Shown: one piece after another, positions 18,727 to 28,808 of the stretch | How positions within the stretch are numbered: position 1 is the stretch's first letter | Layout of the letters: each line of letters starts with the position of its first letter | Assembly: GCA_965249575.1 (NCBI GenBank) | Contig: OZ252244.1 | Location: forward strand, 1,152,001 to 1,216,000 | Source: Gemmatimonadales bacterium | GTDB taxonomy: Bacteria > Gemmatimonadota > Gemmatimonadetes > Gemmatimonadales > GWC2-71-9 | Reading direction: 5' to 3' | DNA: 64,000 nt | Position numbers and translations under genes: made by a program | Notes under the pieces: model-generated | Database searches by the model: none | Told to the model about the DNA's origin: nothing | What the model saw: the letters and a program-made list of their open reading frames with translations, nothing else

Positions 18727-19605
18727 CTATCGATGCCGGTTTCGGTTTCTCGAGCGCCGCGATCCGGGACGCTCCAGGGCGATGGTGCCGGAGAAGGATT
18801 CCAGTTCCATACGGGCCTTGCCCGACCCCAAGACGAACGTGAACCGCTTGCGGCGCGTCTCGGTGAGCTGAACTGGAAAGGCGGATTCGAAGTCCCCGCT
18901 GAAGCTCGCGACGGAAACGGTGACGTTCGATCCCTCGGGAATCGCGACGGTAATGTCGCCGTTATGCGTGGCGATCGAATAGCGGCCGCCATCGCGAATC
19001 GTCCCCGTGTACTCGACGTCGCCGTTCACCGTGCTTGCATCGACGTCACCCGACTCGACCTGGTCGAGCACCAGGTCGCCATTCACGGTTTCGGCCGTGA
19101 GGTCGCCGCTGACGTCCGTAACGCGTACGTCCTCGTTGACGGAGCTCACGTCGATGCGGCCCTCGGCACCGGAGAGCGTGACGTCACCTTCCACCGAGCG
19201 AAGCGAGATCACGCCGCTGCCGCCCTGCACCCGAACGTCCCCCTGGACCGTTTCGACGCTGATCGCGCCACGTGTTCCCTCGACAGAGACGTCGGTGTGT
19301 ACCCCCGACAGCTCGAGATCTACCCCAACCGGGACCGTGATCCGGTATTCGATGGCGCGGGCCGGGCCGCGGCGCGACTCTCCCTCGATGCGCACCTGCG
19401 ACGCTGATGCACGAATGCCGACCCGTTCGCGGCTGGAGTGCTCGGCCTGCACGTGTACCTCATTGCGGCTCCAGGTGCTGACGACGATCTCCCCGCCGAA
19501 GTTCTCGACCTCCACGCGGGCGTCGGGGCGCACGATGAGTAAGGTGTCGGTTTCCTGCATTAGCGAAGTGGCAACCATCACCACGGCGGTTAGCGCGAGC
19601 AACAT
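18727..19605 (-). CDS. DUF4097 beta-repeat protein
   Basis: Repeated TVQGD/SVEGD/TVNGD motifs; signal peptide. Confidence 0.85.
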   Translation of the reverse strand: MLLALTAVVMVATSLMQETDTLLIVRPDARVEVENFGGEIVVSTWSRNEVHVQAEHSSRERVGIRASASQVRIEGESRRGPARAIEYRITVPVGVDLELSGVHTDVSVEGTRGAISVETVQGDVRVQGGSGVISLRSVEGDVTLSGAEGRIDVSSVNEDVRVTDVSGDLTAETVNGDLVLDQVESGDVDASTVNGDVEYTGTIRDGGRYSIATHNGDITVAIPEGSNVTVSVASFSGDFESAFPVQLTETRRKRFTFVLGSGKARMELESFSGTIALERPGSRRSRNRNRHR

Positions 19606-19624
19606 GATGAAGTCCTCTGCGGCC

Positions 19625-20062
19625 TCAGCTTCGGGCGCCCGTGATGGCCGATGCCCGTCGGAGCAGGCCGACCTTGCGCTTGAGGATCTGGGCCAAATGA
19701 CGGTTCAAGTACAGGCTTGCCGGATCGGCTGCCAACGCGCGTCGTGCTTCACCGATGGCCCGGTCGATGATCGCAAGATTCTCCTCGAGAACCCTGACGG
19801 TCGTCGAATCCAGTCTCTCTCGACCGGCCGCGAGGGTCCGCTCGAGCTCCGCGACCGCCGAATCGGCCGCCGGATCCACCCCCCCCGCGTATCCGGTCAG
19901 CCCCGTACCGGGCGAAGCCGCAGGCGCCAGCACCGATGGCTCTCCCTCGGACCGAAGGGCCAGGGAAACACCGCCCGACACCAGGATCAACGCGAGGCCC
20001 GCCGCCGCCAACAAGGGAATCGGCACCGTGATCACCCATCCGTGGCGGCGGGGCGGGAGAAT
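19625..20062 (-). pseudogene. Anti-sigma factor-like membrane protein, N-terminus missing
   Basis: TM helix and C-terminal LEENLAIIDRAI..ARRALAADP; frame begins abruptly at ILPPRRHGW inside the sigma gene tail. Confidence 0.65.
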
Positions 20063-20559
20063 AGCCCGGCGATCTCTTCGTGCTTGAATCCCTCGACGTC
20101 GTGGAGCACGAAAACCTCCCGAGCCCCAGCGGGTAGGTGGCCCATCGCCGCCTCGAAATCCATCGCGAGATCTTTGTCCGACGGGCGCGCCGATACCGTG
20201 CTCAGCGCGCTGTCATCGGCCTCATACCGAGCGCGGGTCTTTCCGAGCGATTGCCGCTGACCCAGCATCACGTTGATCGCCAAGCGGTGCAGCCACGTCC
20301 CAAACGCCGCCTCGCCACGAAACGTGCTCAGCTTCTCCCACGCCCGAACGAACACGTCCTGCGTCGTCTCGTCCGCCTGGTCCGGGCTGAGCATCCGGCA
20401 GGCCAAGCTGTGGACCCGGGAGACATGAGTCTGGTAGAGCCGCTCGAACGCGCGAGCATCTCCACTTGCCGCCAGGGCGACGTCGGCCGTCTCGGCGTCT
20501 GCGCGCGCGCTTTCGGTCTGGTCGCTCAGGGTCGATACCTCGGGTGCCGAATCAATCAT
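20032..20559 (-). pseudogene. ECF sigma factor truncated in region 4.2
   Basis: GDARAFERLY, TQDVFVRAW, FRGEAAFGTWL, REVFVLHDVEGFKHEEIAGL, then unrelated FSRPAATDG*. Confidence 0.8.
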
Positions 20560-20585
20560 GCACTGGATTGGACGGCGTCACCGGC

Positions 20586-21365
20586 TCAAAGGTTGGAACC
20601 GCGGAGGAAATTGGCGTACCACGCCAGAACGGCGTCCCCATAGACAAATGTGATCGCGGCGGCCGCCGCGAGAAAGACGCCAAACGGAACGAGCCGCCGG
20701 ATTTTGAACAACAAGAGCGGAGCGAAAACCAGTGTCCCCAGCAGGGCTCCGCCAAACACCGTGAGGAAGACGCCCTTCCAGCCGACGAACGAGCCGACCA
20801 TGGTCATCATCTTGATATCGCCACCGCCCATCGCTTCCTCTCCGAACAACCGCTCGCCAGCCCACGCCACGGCGTAGAGCAGGGTAAAGCCCACCACCGC
20901 GCCCAGTACCCCGGCGAGGACCCCGGCCAGCCCGCCGCGCACGCTGAGTGCGAGTCCGACCGCCAGGCCACCCCAGGTGTACTCGTCGGGAATGAGGTAG
21001 TGCCGGCCGTCGGTCACGGCGATCCCCAACAGGAGCGTGCCGAAGATCGAGGCCGTCAACGCCTCGAGCGTCAAACCGTACCGCCAGGTCGCCACCCCCC
21101 AGAGCAGGGCTACTGCAGCCTCGACGATCGGGTATTGGACCGAGATGCGATGACGGCAGGCGCGGCACTTCCCGAAGAGCAATGCCCAGGAGATGACCGG
21201 AATGTTGTCGTACCACGCGATAGGAGTGTGGCACGCGGGGCACCGCGATCGAGGTCGCACGATCGACTGGTCGGCGGGCAGCCGCACAATGCACACGTTG
21301 AGGAAGCTCCCGATCAACGCGCCGACCAGGGCGGCCGCTATCGTGACGGCATGTTCATCGAGCAC
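20586..21365 (-). CDS. pilD: Prepilin peptidase (A24)
   Basis: GSFLNVCIVRLP, two CxxC, MGGGDIK and PFGVFL. Confidence 0.93.
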   Translation of the reverse strand: MLDEHAVTIAAALVGALIGSFLNVCIVRLPADQSIVRPRSRCPACHTPIAWYDNIPVISWALLFGKCRACRHRISVQYPIVEAAVALLWGVATWRYGLTLEALTASIFGTLLLGIAVTDGRHYLIPDEYTWGGLAVGLALSVRGGLAGVLAGVLGAVVGFTLLYAVAWAGERLFGEEAMGGGDIKMMTMVGSFVGWKGVFLTVFGGALLGTLVFAPLLLFKIRRLVPFGVFLAAAAAITFVYGDAVLAWYANFLRGSNL

Positions 21366-22131
21366 GAAGTACCTCGTAGAGCACGATGCCCAATGCGACG
21401 GAGACGTTCAACGATTCTGCTCCCCGCACCAAGGGTATGACGACCCGGTCGGCTGCAAGCTGCAAGACCCCCTCGCTCACGCCAGCGGCTTCGCTTCCCA
21501 CGACGAGTGAAAGCCGGTCCGGCGGCTGGCACCGGTGCAGCGGGATGCCCTCCGTCGCGGTGGCCCATATCGTCGCTCCCTGCCGCCGTGCCCAGCCCTT
21601 GAGTTCATCCAACTGCGCCGGCGCCGCCGGCAACTGGAAGCTCGCCCCCACGGCCGCGCGAAGCGCCTTCGGGTTCGAAGAATCTGCGGTTCCCTTGAGC
21701 AGAATCGCTCCCCCGGCACCCAACGCGTAGGCAGTCCTGAGAAGCGTTCCCAGGTTACCAGGGTCCTGCACTCCGTCAACGATCAGGACGGGCCCGTGAT
21801 CGAGCCGGATATCAGCTAGACCCCATACCGGCGGCCGGATGACCGCCAGCACGCCCTGCGACGTTTGCGTATCCGATACCTGTCCGAGTTGTCGCTCCGA
21901 GACCTCCTCGATTGGCACCGCGCGAGACGCCAGGTCCCTGAGGAGGTCTCTTCCGCGGGGCGACCTCCCGAGTTCGGTGGTCGCCAACACTCCCCGAATC
22001 GGCACGTTCGACGCCAGTGCTTCCTCGATCAGTCGGATGCCTTCGGCGATCGACAGCCGCCTGCGGCGACGGCCACTGCGCTGTTGTAGATTCCGAACGG
22101 TCGACATCAAGTTAGCGGACACGCAAGCCAC
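21355..22131 (-). CDS. TrmH/SpoU family RNA methyltransferase
   Basis: [19 protein letters not shown] and ESLNVSVA. Confidence 0.93.
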   Translation of the reverse strand: MACVSANLMSTVRNLQQRSGRRRRRLSIAEGIRLIEEALASNVPIRGVLATTELGRSPRGRDLLRDLASRAVPIEEVSERQLGQVSDTQTSQGVLAVIRPPVWGLADIRLDHGPVLIVDGVQDPGNLGTLLRTAYALGAGGAILLKGTADSSNPKALRAAVGASFQLPAAPAQLDELKGWARRQGATIWATATEGIPLHRCQPPDRLSLVVGSEAAGVSEGVLQLAADRVVIPLVRGAESLNVSVALGIVLYEVLRAR

Positions 22132-22236
22132 TCCACACGAGCAGGACCATCAGGCATAGGAAGGGTCGGAACCCAGAATGCTTCGGCGGTCTCGATTTTC
22201 TGCATCTGCTCCGCGAATAGGACGTCTCCGCAGCGG

Positions 22237-23025
22237 ATGAACGTCGCCCTCACGATCGCCGGGTCCGATTCGGGTGGAGGAGCGGGCATCCAGGCCGACC
22301 TGAAAACCTTTCAGCAATTCGGCGTTTTCGGAACCAGCGTTCTGGTGGCCGTCACCGCTCAAAACACCGAGGGCGTCACCGACGTGCATGCGATCCCCCC
22401 GTCCGTCGTCAAGGCTCAGATGGCCGCGCTCGCCGAAGACCTGCGGCCCGAGGCCACCAAGACCGGCATGCTCGCGACCGCCGAACTCGTTCGGCTGGTT
22501 GCTCAGGGGATCGATCGATACGGGTTTCGAAACTACGTCCTCGATCCAGTCATGGTCGCCACGTCGGGCGACCGGCTCTTGACGCACGAGGCCGAACGCG
22601 ACGTGGCCTCGTGCCTCATTCCCCTCGCCGCCCTCGTAACACCGAACATCGATGAAGCGGAGATCCTCGTGCGTGCCGAGGTACGCACCACCGACGCGAT
22701 GACCGAGGCCGGACACGCGTTGCTCACCATGGGCGCCTCGGCCGCCTTGATCAAGGGTGGGCATCTCGACGGAGATCAGGTCACTGACGTGCTCGTTACA
22801 CCGGACACCGTACGCCGTTTTGGCCGCCCGCGAATCCAGACCACCTCGACTCACGGCACAGGCTGCACGCTTTCAGCAGCCATCGTGGCCGGTCTCGCGC
22901 GAGGACGGGACCTCACCATGGCTGTCGAAAGCGCACTCGACTTCGTACATCGAGCGATCCAATCGGCGCCGGGCTTAGGAAAGGGTCACGGGCCACTCAA
23001 TCACCTCGTTCCCGCTCCGAGTTGA
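22237..23025 (+). CDS. thiD: Hydroxymethylpyrimidine/phosphomethylpyrimidine kinase
   Basis: [30 protein letters not shown] and HGTGCT. Confidence 0.96.
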   Translation: MNVALTIAGSDSGGGAGIQADLKTFQQFGVFGTSVLVAVTAQNTEGVTDVHAIPPSVVKAQMAALAEDLRPEATKTGMLATAELVRLVAQGIDRYGFRNYVLDPVMVATSGDRLLTHEAERDVASCLIPLAALVTPNIDEAEILVRAEVRTTDAMTEAGHALLTMGASAALIKGGHLDGDQVTDVLVTPDTVRRFGRPRIQTTSTHGTGCTLSAAIVAGLARGRDLTMAVESALDFVHRAIQSAPGLGKGHGPLNHLVPAPS

Positions 23026-23077
23026 CTCCGCCCACTTCGCTCCCATTTACGCGCAGTTCTCAAGGAGATTCGAGAGC

Positions 23078-23701
23078 ATGAACGCCGCGTACCTGCACCT
23101 GATCTTAAACCACTTCCCGATCATCGGCATCACGGGAGGGATTCTGATATCGGCCTTCGGGTTGCTGCAGCGAAACGAGGAGCTCAAACGCCTGGGACTG
23201 ACGATTTATGTTTTGGTAGCCTTGCTATCGATTCCGGTCTACCTGTCCGGGGAACCAGCCGAGGAAATCATCGAGGATATGCCGGAGGTTTCGCACGACC
23301 GTATCGAAGAGCACGAGGAGTCGGGACTCTTCGCGATCATCGGGACCGGCACGTTGGGAGCGGCCGCGCTGGCAGGACTCGTCTTAGGGCGAGTTGGCAG
23401 CTCGAAAGCTCCGGCGGTTTCGACGCTCGCCTTCGTCATGGCGATCGTCTGCGCCGGTATTCTCGCCCGAACCGCCTTACTCGGCGGCAGGATTCGTCAC
23501 CCCGAGACTCGGCCCGAATTCGGCGCCCCGGAGGCAGTCGGCCTAGCGCCTATCCCGGATCCGGACCGGCCAGTGAAGGGGGGCTTCACGATCCTCCTGC
23601 TGTCGCCTGGGACGTTCAGGAGGCGAGGTTACGGTCCTGAAAGGCCTCGTCGTCCGTTACCTCCCGCACGACGTGGCCGCGCAACCAGCGTGGGAACGTG
23701 A
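23078..23701 (+). CDS. Membrane protein (DUF2231-like; 3' end uncertain)
   Basis: HLILNHFPI, SGEPAEE, IEEHEE and GGRIRH; four hydrophobic segments; the tail overlaps the convergent gene. Confidence 0.75.
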   Translation: MNAAYLHLILNHFPIIGITGGILISAFGLLQRNEELKRLGLTIYVLVALLSIPVYLSGEPAEEIIEDMPEVSHDRIEEHEESGLFAIIGTGTLGAAALAGLVLGRVGSSKAPAVSTLAFVMAIVCAGILARTALLGGRIRHPETRPEFGAPEAVGLAPIPDPDRPVKGGFTILLLSPGTFRRRGYGPERPRRPLPPARRGRATSVGT

Positions 23702-25079
23702 TCTTCGCGGACTCCGAGCGCGCTTCGACCCGAGCGAGGGTCAGATCGCGCCCGTCGTACCGATCGATATGCCAGACACGTGACCGGTGGGGGAGGTGAA
23801 ACCGAATCTTACGGGTCCGTTGGCCCACGGTCAGCGGCCAGAGGGCATCGAACACCGCCTGCGTCGTCTCTTCGCTGATCTGTTCTGCCTGGTGCCCTAG
23901 GCCCGGGTTGATCGTGCGGCGATATCGCACACCCCCGTCCTTGCGAATCAGGCCGATCCACTCGTCGAACTCGGTGCCCGGCACCCATCCCAGCTCCATG
24001 CTGGTCGCCGCCTCCGCAGCGAGACTCTCCGGAGACCCGCTCAGCAGGAACGTGCGGGTAACGGTGTGGTGCAGGCTTCTCGTGCGCGCGACGCTCGCGC
24101 CGAACGCGTCGACTTGCTCCAGGAACTGCTGTGCATTGCCATCCAACCAGTCGGCCTCGGCCCGCGCGAACAGTTCATGGGAACGAGCCCGAATCAACTG
24201 CCCGAGCGCGATCAGCCCAGTCCGCTCGTCGCGGCGGTGCGCGGTGCGCCAGCGTTTCGCCTCGGGCTGGCTCGCCAGCGCGAGCGCGTGCAATTGGCGC
24301 GCCCGCTGCACCGCCGCCACCTCGACTCCCAGGGAGACCTCTTCGGCCAGGACCTGCAGGTCGCGGAGATCCCCGAGCAGATCCTGGATCTCCTTGAGGC
24401 GCTTGACCAGCGCCTTTGCGCGTTTGCGCCGCAGCGCCAGGGGCTCGATGAGGTACCGGAGCCGTTTTGCTGTAATGCGCGCTTGGTGCGCTTCCTCTTT
24501 CTGACCGGACGCCTGAACCGCGAGGAGGCGACCGCTCAGCAGCGCGGCCTCGCGCCGGATCAGGTCTCCGGTCGCCTCCCTCAACTGAGCGGGTGGGTGA
24601 TCGCCGCCAGAACCATCCGGGAGGACCCGGCTGAGCCGGTCCTGCAGCTTGTCGGCGATCCGGTCGAAGCGCTGGCCCACGTCGAGTGTCGCGGCGTCAC
24701 GCGTCTCTCTCTCCCTCTCCTCCAGTCGATGGATCATCCAGTTGAGCCCGATGCGCTCCCGAGGCTGGAGGTTGGCCTCCTGAGCCCTGAGCCATTCGAG
24801 CTGGACTTCGAGGTCGCGGCCGGGGTTGGTGGCCGCCGTGAGCGCCCGAAGCCGGCGCCGCATCCGCTTGGGCGCGGCACCCCTCAAGTACGGCCGATAC
24901 GCGCGGCAGCAGCTTCGCAAGCGACGAAGCCCGACTCGAAAGTCGTGTAGCGCCTCCCCATCCTCCCGCTTGCCGAGCCGCTGGCGCGCCAGAAATGCTT
25001 CATCGATGTAGTGCTGCGCCAACAACCGTACCCCTTCTTCGGGGGAACGTCGGAAGAGATCGGCTGGCAGGCCCCGCAT
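23616..25079 (-). CDS. CHAD domain protein with a C-terminal CYTH-like domain
   Basis: EALHDFRVGLRRLRS, HQARITAKRLRYLIE and QDLLGDLRD (CHAD); KIRF..WHIDRY..LARVE..REVTDD (CYTH-like). Confidence 0.88.
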   Translation of the reverse strand: MRGLPADLFRRSPEEGVRLLAQHYIDEAFLARQRLGKREDGEALHDFRVGLRRLRSCCRAYRPYLRGAAPKRMRRRLRALTAATNPGRDLEVQLEWLRAQEANLQPRERIGLNWMIHRLEERERETRDAATLDVGQRFDRIADKLQDRLSRVLPDGSGGDHPPAQLREATGDLIRREAALLSGRLLAVQASGQKEEAHQARITAKRLRYLIEPLALRRKRAKALVKRLKEIQDLLGDLRDLQVLAEEVSLGVEVAAVQRARQLHALALASQPEAKRWRTAHRRDERTGLIALGQLIRARSHELFARAEADWLDGNAQQFLEQVDAFGASVARTRSLHHTVTRTFLLSGSPESLAAEAATSMELGWVPGTEFDEWIGLIRKDGGVRYRRTINPGLGHQAEQISEETTQAVFDALWPLTVGQRTRKIRFHLPHRSRVWHIDRYDGRDLTLARVEARSESAKITFPRWLRGHVVREVTDDEAFQDRNLAS

Positions 25080-25081
25080 GG

Positions 25082-25585
25082 CTAGGCAAGCCCCCGGAGG
25101 TGCCGCGGCGCCAGTGCCCATTCGAGTACGGCACCTCCAGCGGAGGGTTCGTGATCCACGTCCAGCAGGCAAGCGCCGCCTTTCTTGAACCCCACGAACG
25201 ACGACGCCGCACCCGAAAGCAGGAAACTCGCGAGGTGTCCCAGAGCCGGCTCGTGCCCAACCGCCGCGACGATTCCGTCATCTGGTAGGCGCCGGAGCCA
25301 GGTGAGTACATCGTCTGGACGGCAATCAGGGGACAGCGAAGGTACTTCTTCGATCGGCAAGTCCCCGTAGGCAGAGGCAACGATTTCAGCCGTCTCAAAC
25401 GCGCGAACGAGAGGACTCGAGGCGACCGTGTCGATCGTCGGGACCGTTCTCTTGAGGCCGGCCGCGGCCCGCGCCATCTTCTCCCTCCCGGAGTCCGTCA
25501 GCGGGCGCAGGCTGTCATCGATGCCTTTGGGAGCGTAATTCGCGCGGTCGGCTGCCGGGGCATGGCGGATAAGTAGCAGCTTCAT
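25082..25585 (-). CDS. sixA: Phosphohistidine phosphatase SixA
   Basis: LLLIRHA, RPLTDSG, SSPLVRAFETA and VGHEP. Confidence 0.9.
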   Translation of the reverse strand: MKLLLIRHAPAADRANYAPKGIDDSLRPLTDSGREKMARAAAGLKRTVPTIDTVASSPLVRAFETAEIVASAYGDLPIEEVPSLSPDCRPDDVLTWLRRLPDDGIVAAVGHEPALGHLASFLLSGAASSFVGFKKGGACLLDVDHEPSAGGAVLEWALAPRHLRGLA

Positions 25586-27321
25586 GCCGACCTCGTTGAC
25601 GGCTTGTCGGGCTTCCCCGCTCCGGTCGTTTCTTCCCGACCCCGGGACACCACCGAGCCGCCGACCTTGCGGCGTTTCGCATCGGCCCCTCCCGGCGAGA
25701 TGCCTCGCAACGGCCGGCTCGCGGGCCGCCGGCCACGACGCGGATGCATCAAGCGCCCCTCAGGGTAGCGCCACACAAACCTCAGATCACCGTCGAACGC
25801 CCTCGCGAACAAGTCAGACTTCCGTTTGGCATCTTGCAGTTCGACCTGCGGCTCCGAGGGGGCCTCGAGCACCAGACGCAACCGGCCGGCGCGACGCTCG
25901 ACCCGGAGCCCGGTTACCAGGCGCGAATGCGTGCGGTCCAGTCCGTCGGCGACGCGGAGGATCCCACTCAGCTGGCGGATCAGACGGCGATCCTCACTGG
26001 ACGTCCGCGCGAGGTTCGTGTGCGACTTCTTCGGGAAGGCGCGGCGATGGTATCGGGCAACGTTCGCGATCAGCTCGACCTCACGAGCCGAAAACGACGG
26101 CAGGTCGCCGTGCATGATGAGGTGGTACGCGTGTTTGTGGTGTTTCGAATGGCTAATGAGGTAGCCGATGTCATGCAGCAGAGCGGCGGCTTCCAGCACC
26201 TCACGGCCCTCCACCCGCAGGTCGTAGAGCGGTTGGAGTCCGTCGAACATCTCGACAGCGAGCTTGGCAACGTGCCCGCAATGCCGCTCGTTCGAGCGGC
26301 ACTTGCGGGCAAAGATCCGAATCCACTCCATCCGGTCCCCTGTCTGCACGCGAGCGGCTCGCCGATGGCCCGGGAGTTCCGCGATCATCGTCTGCAACAG
26401 CCCGTCTCGAACGCCGCGGTCGTTCACATGGATCTGCTGCGTACCGAGGCGCCTCGCCAGCCGTGCAATCACGGCCACTCCGGCCACGATGATGTCGGCA
26501 CGGTTGGGGCTGAGTCCGGGAATCTGCCGGCGCTCTTCCAAGGGGGCTTCGCGTAGCCGATCGAGCAAGTGAACGAGCTCGGCCCGTGTCAGGACGTATC
26601 CCTGCACGGGACCGACGCGGCCCTCCCGTTGGAACTGGGCCATGGTGGCGAGCGCCGTGAACGTGCCCCCGCTCCCGACCATGATCTCAGCCGTGAACGG
26701 GGGGCGGCCCAGCTCCACTTTGATGCCCTGATCGATTTCTTTGATCAACTGCTTCCAATGCTTGGAACGGAGTGGGTCCGACCGGATGAGACGCTCGGTC
26801 ACTCGAACGGCACCGAGCGGGAGGGAATGAAGCTGGTCGATGACGGTCCCCGCGGCGAGAACGACCTCGACGCTTCCACCGCCGATGTCCACGACCGCGG
26901 TCGCGCGACCCTCGAGATTCACGTGCCTGCTCGCGCTCCGGAACGCGAGCCGGGCCTCGTCGTCGGATGAGATCACCTCGATTCGCACCTTATGCCGCCG
27001 CCGCACGTCCCGGAGGAACCCCCGCCCATTCTTCGCTTCTCGGACCGCGCTGGTGGCGATGGCGCGGATGCCGGTGACCTCAAATCCGTCGATGATCGCC
27101 TTCATCTTGCCGATCGCGGCCAGGGCCCGCTCGATCGCGCCCGCCGAGAGCCGCCCCGTGCGGTCCACACCCTCCCCGAGCCGCACGTTCTCCCGCTCCT
27201 CGTCCAGGATGCGGTACGTGCCGCCGCTCTCAACCTCGGCCACCACCAACCGTATGGTGTTCGTGCCGACGTCTATCGCCGCCAGACGGGGGCGTTGGTG
27301 GGCCTCTCGCTCAGCTGCCAT
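25582..27321 (-). CDS. ppx: Ppx/GppA exopolyphosphatase with HD domain
   Basis: AAIDVGTNTIRL, ATSAVREA, DIGGGSVE, ALLHDIG and ARYHR. Confidence 0.92.
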   Translation of the reverse strand: MAAEREAHQRPRLAAIDVGTNTIRLVVAEVESGGTYRILDEERENVRLGEGVDRTGRLSAGAIERALAAIGKMKAIIDGFEVTGIRAIATSAVREAKNGRGFLRDVRRRHKVRIEVISSDDEARLAFRSASRHVNLEGRATAVVDIGGGSVEVVLAAGTVIDQLHSLPLGAVRVTERLIRSDPLRSKHWKQLIKEIDQGIKVELGRPPFTAEIMVGSGGTFTALATMAQFQREGRVGPVQGYVLTRAELVHLLDRLREAPLEERRQIPGLSPNRADIIVAGVAVIARLARRLGTQQIHVNDRGVRDGLLQTMIAELPGHRRAARVQTGDRMEWIRIFARKCRSNERHCGHVAKLAVEMFDGLQPLYDLRVEGREVLEAAALLHDIGYLISHSKHHKHAYHLIMHGDLPSFSAREVELIANVARYHRRAFPKKSHTNLARTSSEDRRLIRQLSGILRVADGLDRTHSRLVTGLRVERRAGRLRLVLEAPSEPQVELQDAKRKSDLFARAFDGDLRFVWRYPEGRLMHPRRGRRPASRPLRGISPGGADAKRRKVGGSVVSRGREETTGAGKPDKPSTRSA

Positions 27322-27443
27322 GCGTCCTTGTGCTCGCTGTCCGGCCGCCAGGTGAATCCTGCCGCGGCCCCAATCGAAACCTAACGAGTGGGCCTTGGGA
27401 CGAACCGGATGACCGGTGGCCCCCATCCCGCGATTTGTTTCCT

Positions 27444-27868
27444 TCAGGATTCCTTCAGCTGACTCGGGCGATTCGCCACCAGTACGGTCAGCCCCGTCCC
27501 CGCTAAGATCCCGAGCGCCAACAAGCTGGCGGTGAGCAGGTAGGCCACGAGACCGAGCAAGCTAGCGGCCTCCGCCGTGGCCCATAAAGCGATCGCCCGC
27601 GGTAGGTTGGCGCCCCACCATGCCGACGCATCGCCGCCAGCCTCGAGTGGTCGGATACCGCCGCGGATCAGTCGCACCAGCAGCAGCAGCACGACGGCCG
27701 TAACCACCGCGGCGGCCACCGAAACCTGGGCGAGATCTGCCAAGGGCGATGTCTGAAGCACGCCGCGAATGCCGAGGCCCACGACGAGAATCAGCAACAC
27801 CCCGCCCGTGAGGGACGAGTGCAACAAGGTAGCGGCCCGATCAGATGCTGGGATTGTGAAGCAGTCAT
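27444..27868 (-). CDS. Hypothetical membrane protein (probable 1-nt indel near the 5' end)
   Basis: Four hydrophobic segments; the ATG at 27868 is one base out of frame with the body across a short C run. Confidence 0.6.
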
Positions 27869-27957
27869 GATATGCCGGGCGCGGAACCGATTCAAGGACG
27901 CGAATACTACCGAGGCGTACCTCCCAACGCCAACGAGCTCGCCCAACGCTGCTACCC

Positions 27958-28764
27958 TCACCAAGCCAGGCGCTCGAGGAGCCGGCGCACGACGCTTTCG
28001 AGCACCCCAGCGACGGCTGTGGCGGCCCGAAGTACTCCTTGGTGCGTCAGCCGTCCTCGGGCCCGGCTTGCGGCCCAGTTGGTGACGACGGAGAGGCCCA
28101 GGACCCTGATCTGCCTCGCTCGCGCGATCAAAACCTCGTGAACCGTCGACATACCAACCGCGTCCGCTCCCAGCCGCCGCAGCATCTCGACCTCGGCAGG
28201 GGTCTCATAGCACGGCCCAACGACCCCGGCATAGACACCTTCAGAAACCGCGATTCCCGACGCGAGGCCCGTCTCGACCCCCAGGGTTCGGAGCTCCCGA
28301 TCATACGATGCCGCCAAGGCAGGAAGGGGCGACTCTCCCGGAAGCCTCGGGCCGATCAGGGGGTTCCGAAAGGTGAAATCGATTTGGTCGGCCAGGAGCA
28401 TGACGCAGGGCGGCCGTAAGCTCGTTGCGATGCCCCCGGCGGCGCTGGCGACGATCGGGATCCGCGCCCCAAGGCTGGAGCGGATTCTCGCCGGCAGTGC
28501 GACCCTCGACGGAGCATGGCCCTCGTAAAGATGAAGGCGACCGCGCTGCACGATCGTGGGAACGCCCGATATCTCCCCACTGACGAACTCGCCCGGATGA
28601 CCGGGCGCCCTCGAGGTCTCGAGGCTCGGGATGCGCTCGAAGGGGAGCACCCGACGGTGGGAAACCGCCTCCGCCAAGCCACCCAGACCCGAGCCCAGAA
28701 TGATCCCCACGCGTGGCTCCCGGCCATCCAGCCACCCGCTAACCACCCCGACGCTCTTCTCCAA
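27958..28764 (-). CDS. Purine nucleoside phosphorylase (trimeric type)
   Basis: GIILGSGLG, GRLHLYEG, GPCYETPAE, GADAVGMST and VTN. Confidence 0.9.
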   Translation of the reverse strand: MEKSVGVVSGWLDGREPRVGIILGSGLGGLAEAVSHRRVLPFERIPSLETSRAPGHPGEFVSGEISGVPTIVQRGRLHLYEGHAPSRVALPARIRSSLGARIPIVASAAGGIATSLRPPCVMLLADQIDFTFRNPLIGPRLPGESPLPALAASYDRELRTLGVETGLASGIAVSEGVYAGVVGPCYETPAEVEMLRRLGADAVGMSTVHEVLIARARQIRVLGLSVVTNWAASRARGRLTHQGVLRAATAVAGVLESVVRRLLERLAW

Positions 28765-28808
28765 CGCCCGGAATTCTCTACCGGCCCCGCCCTACCGCTA
28801 CGCGTCAC

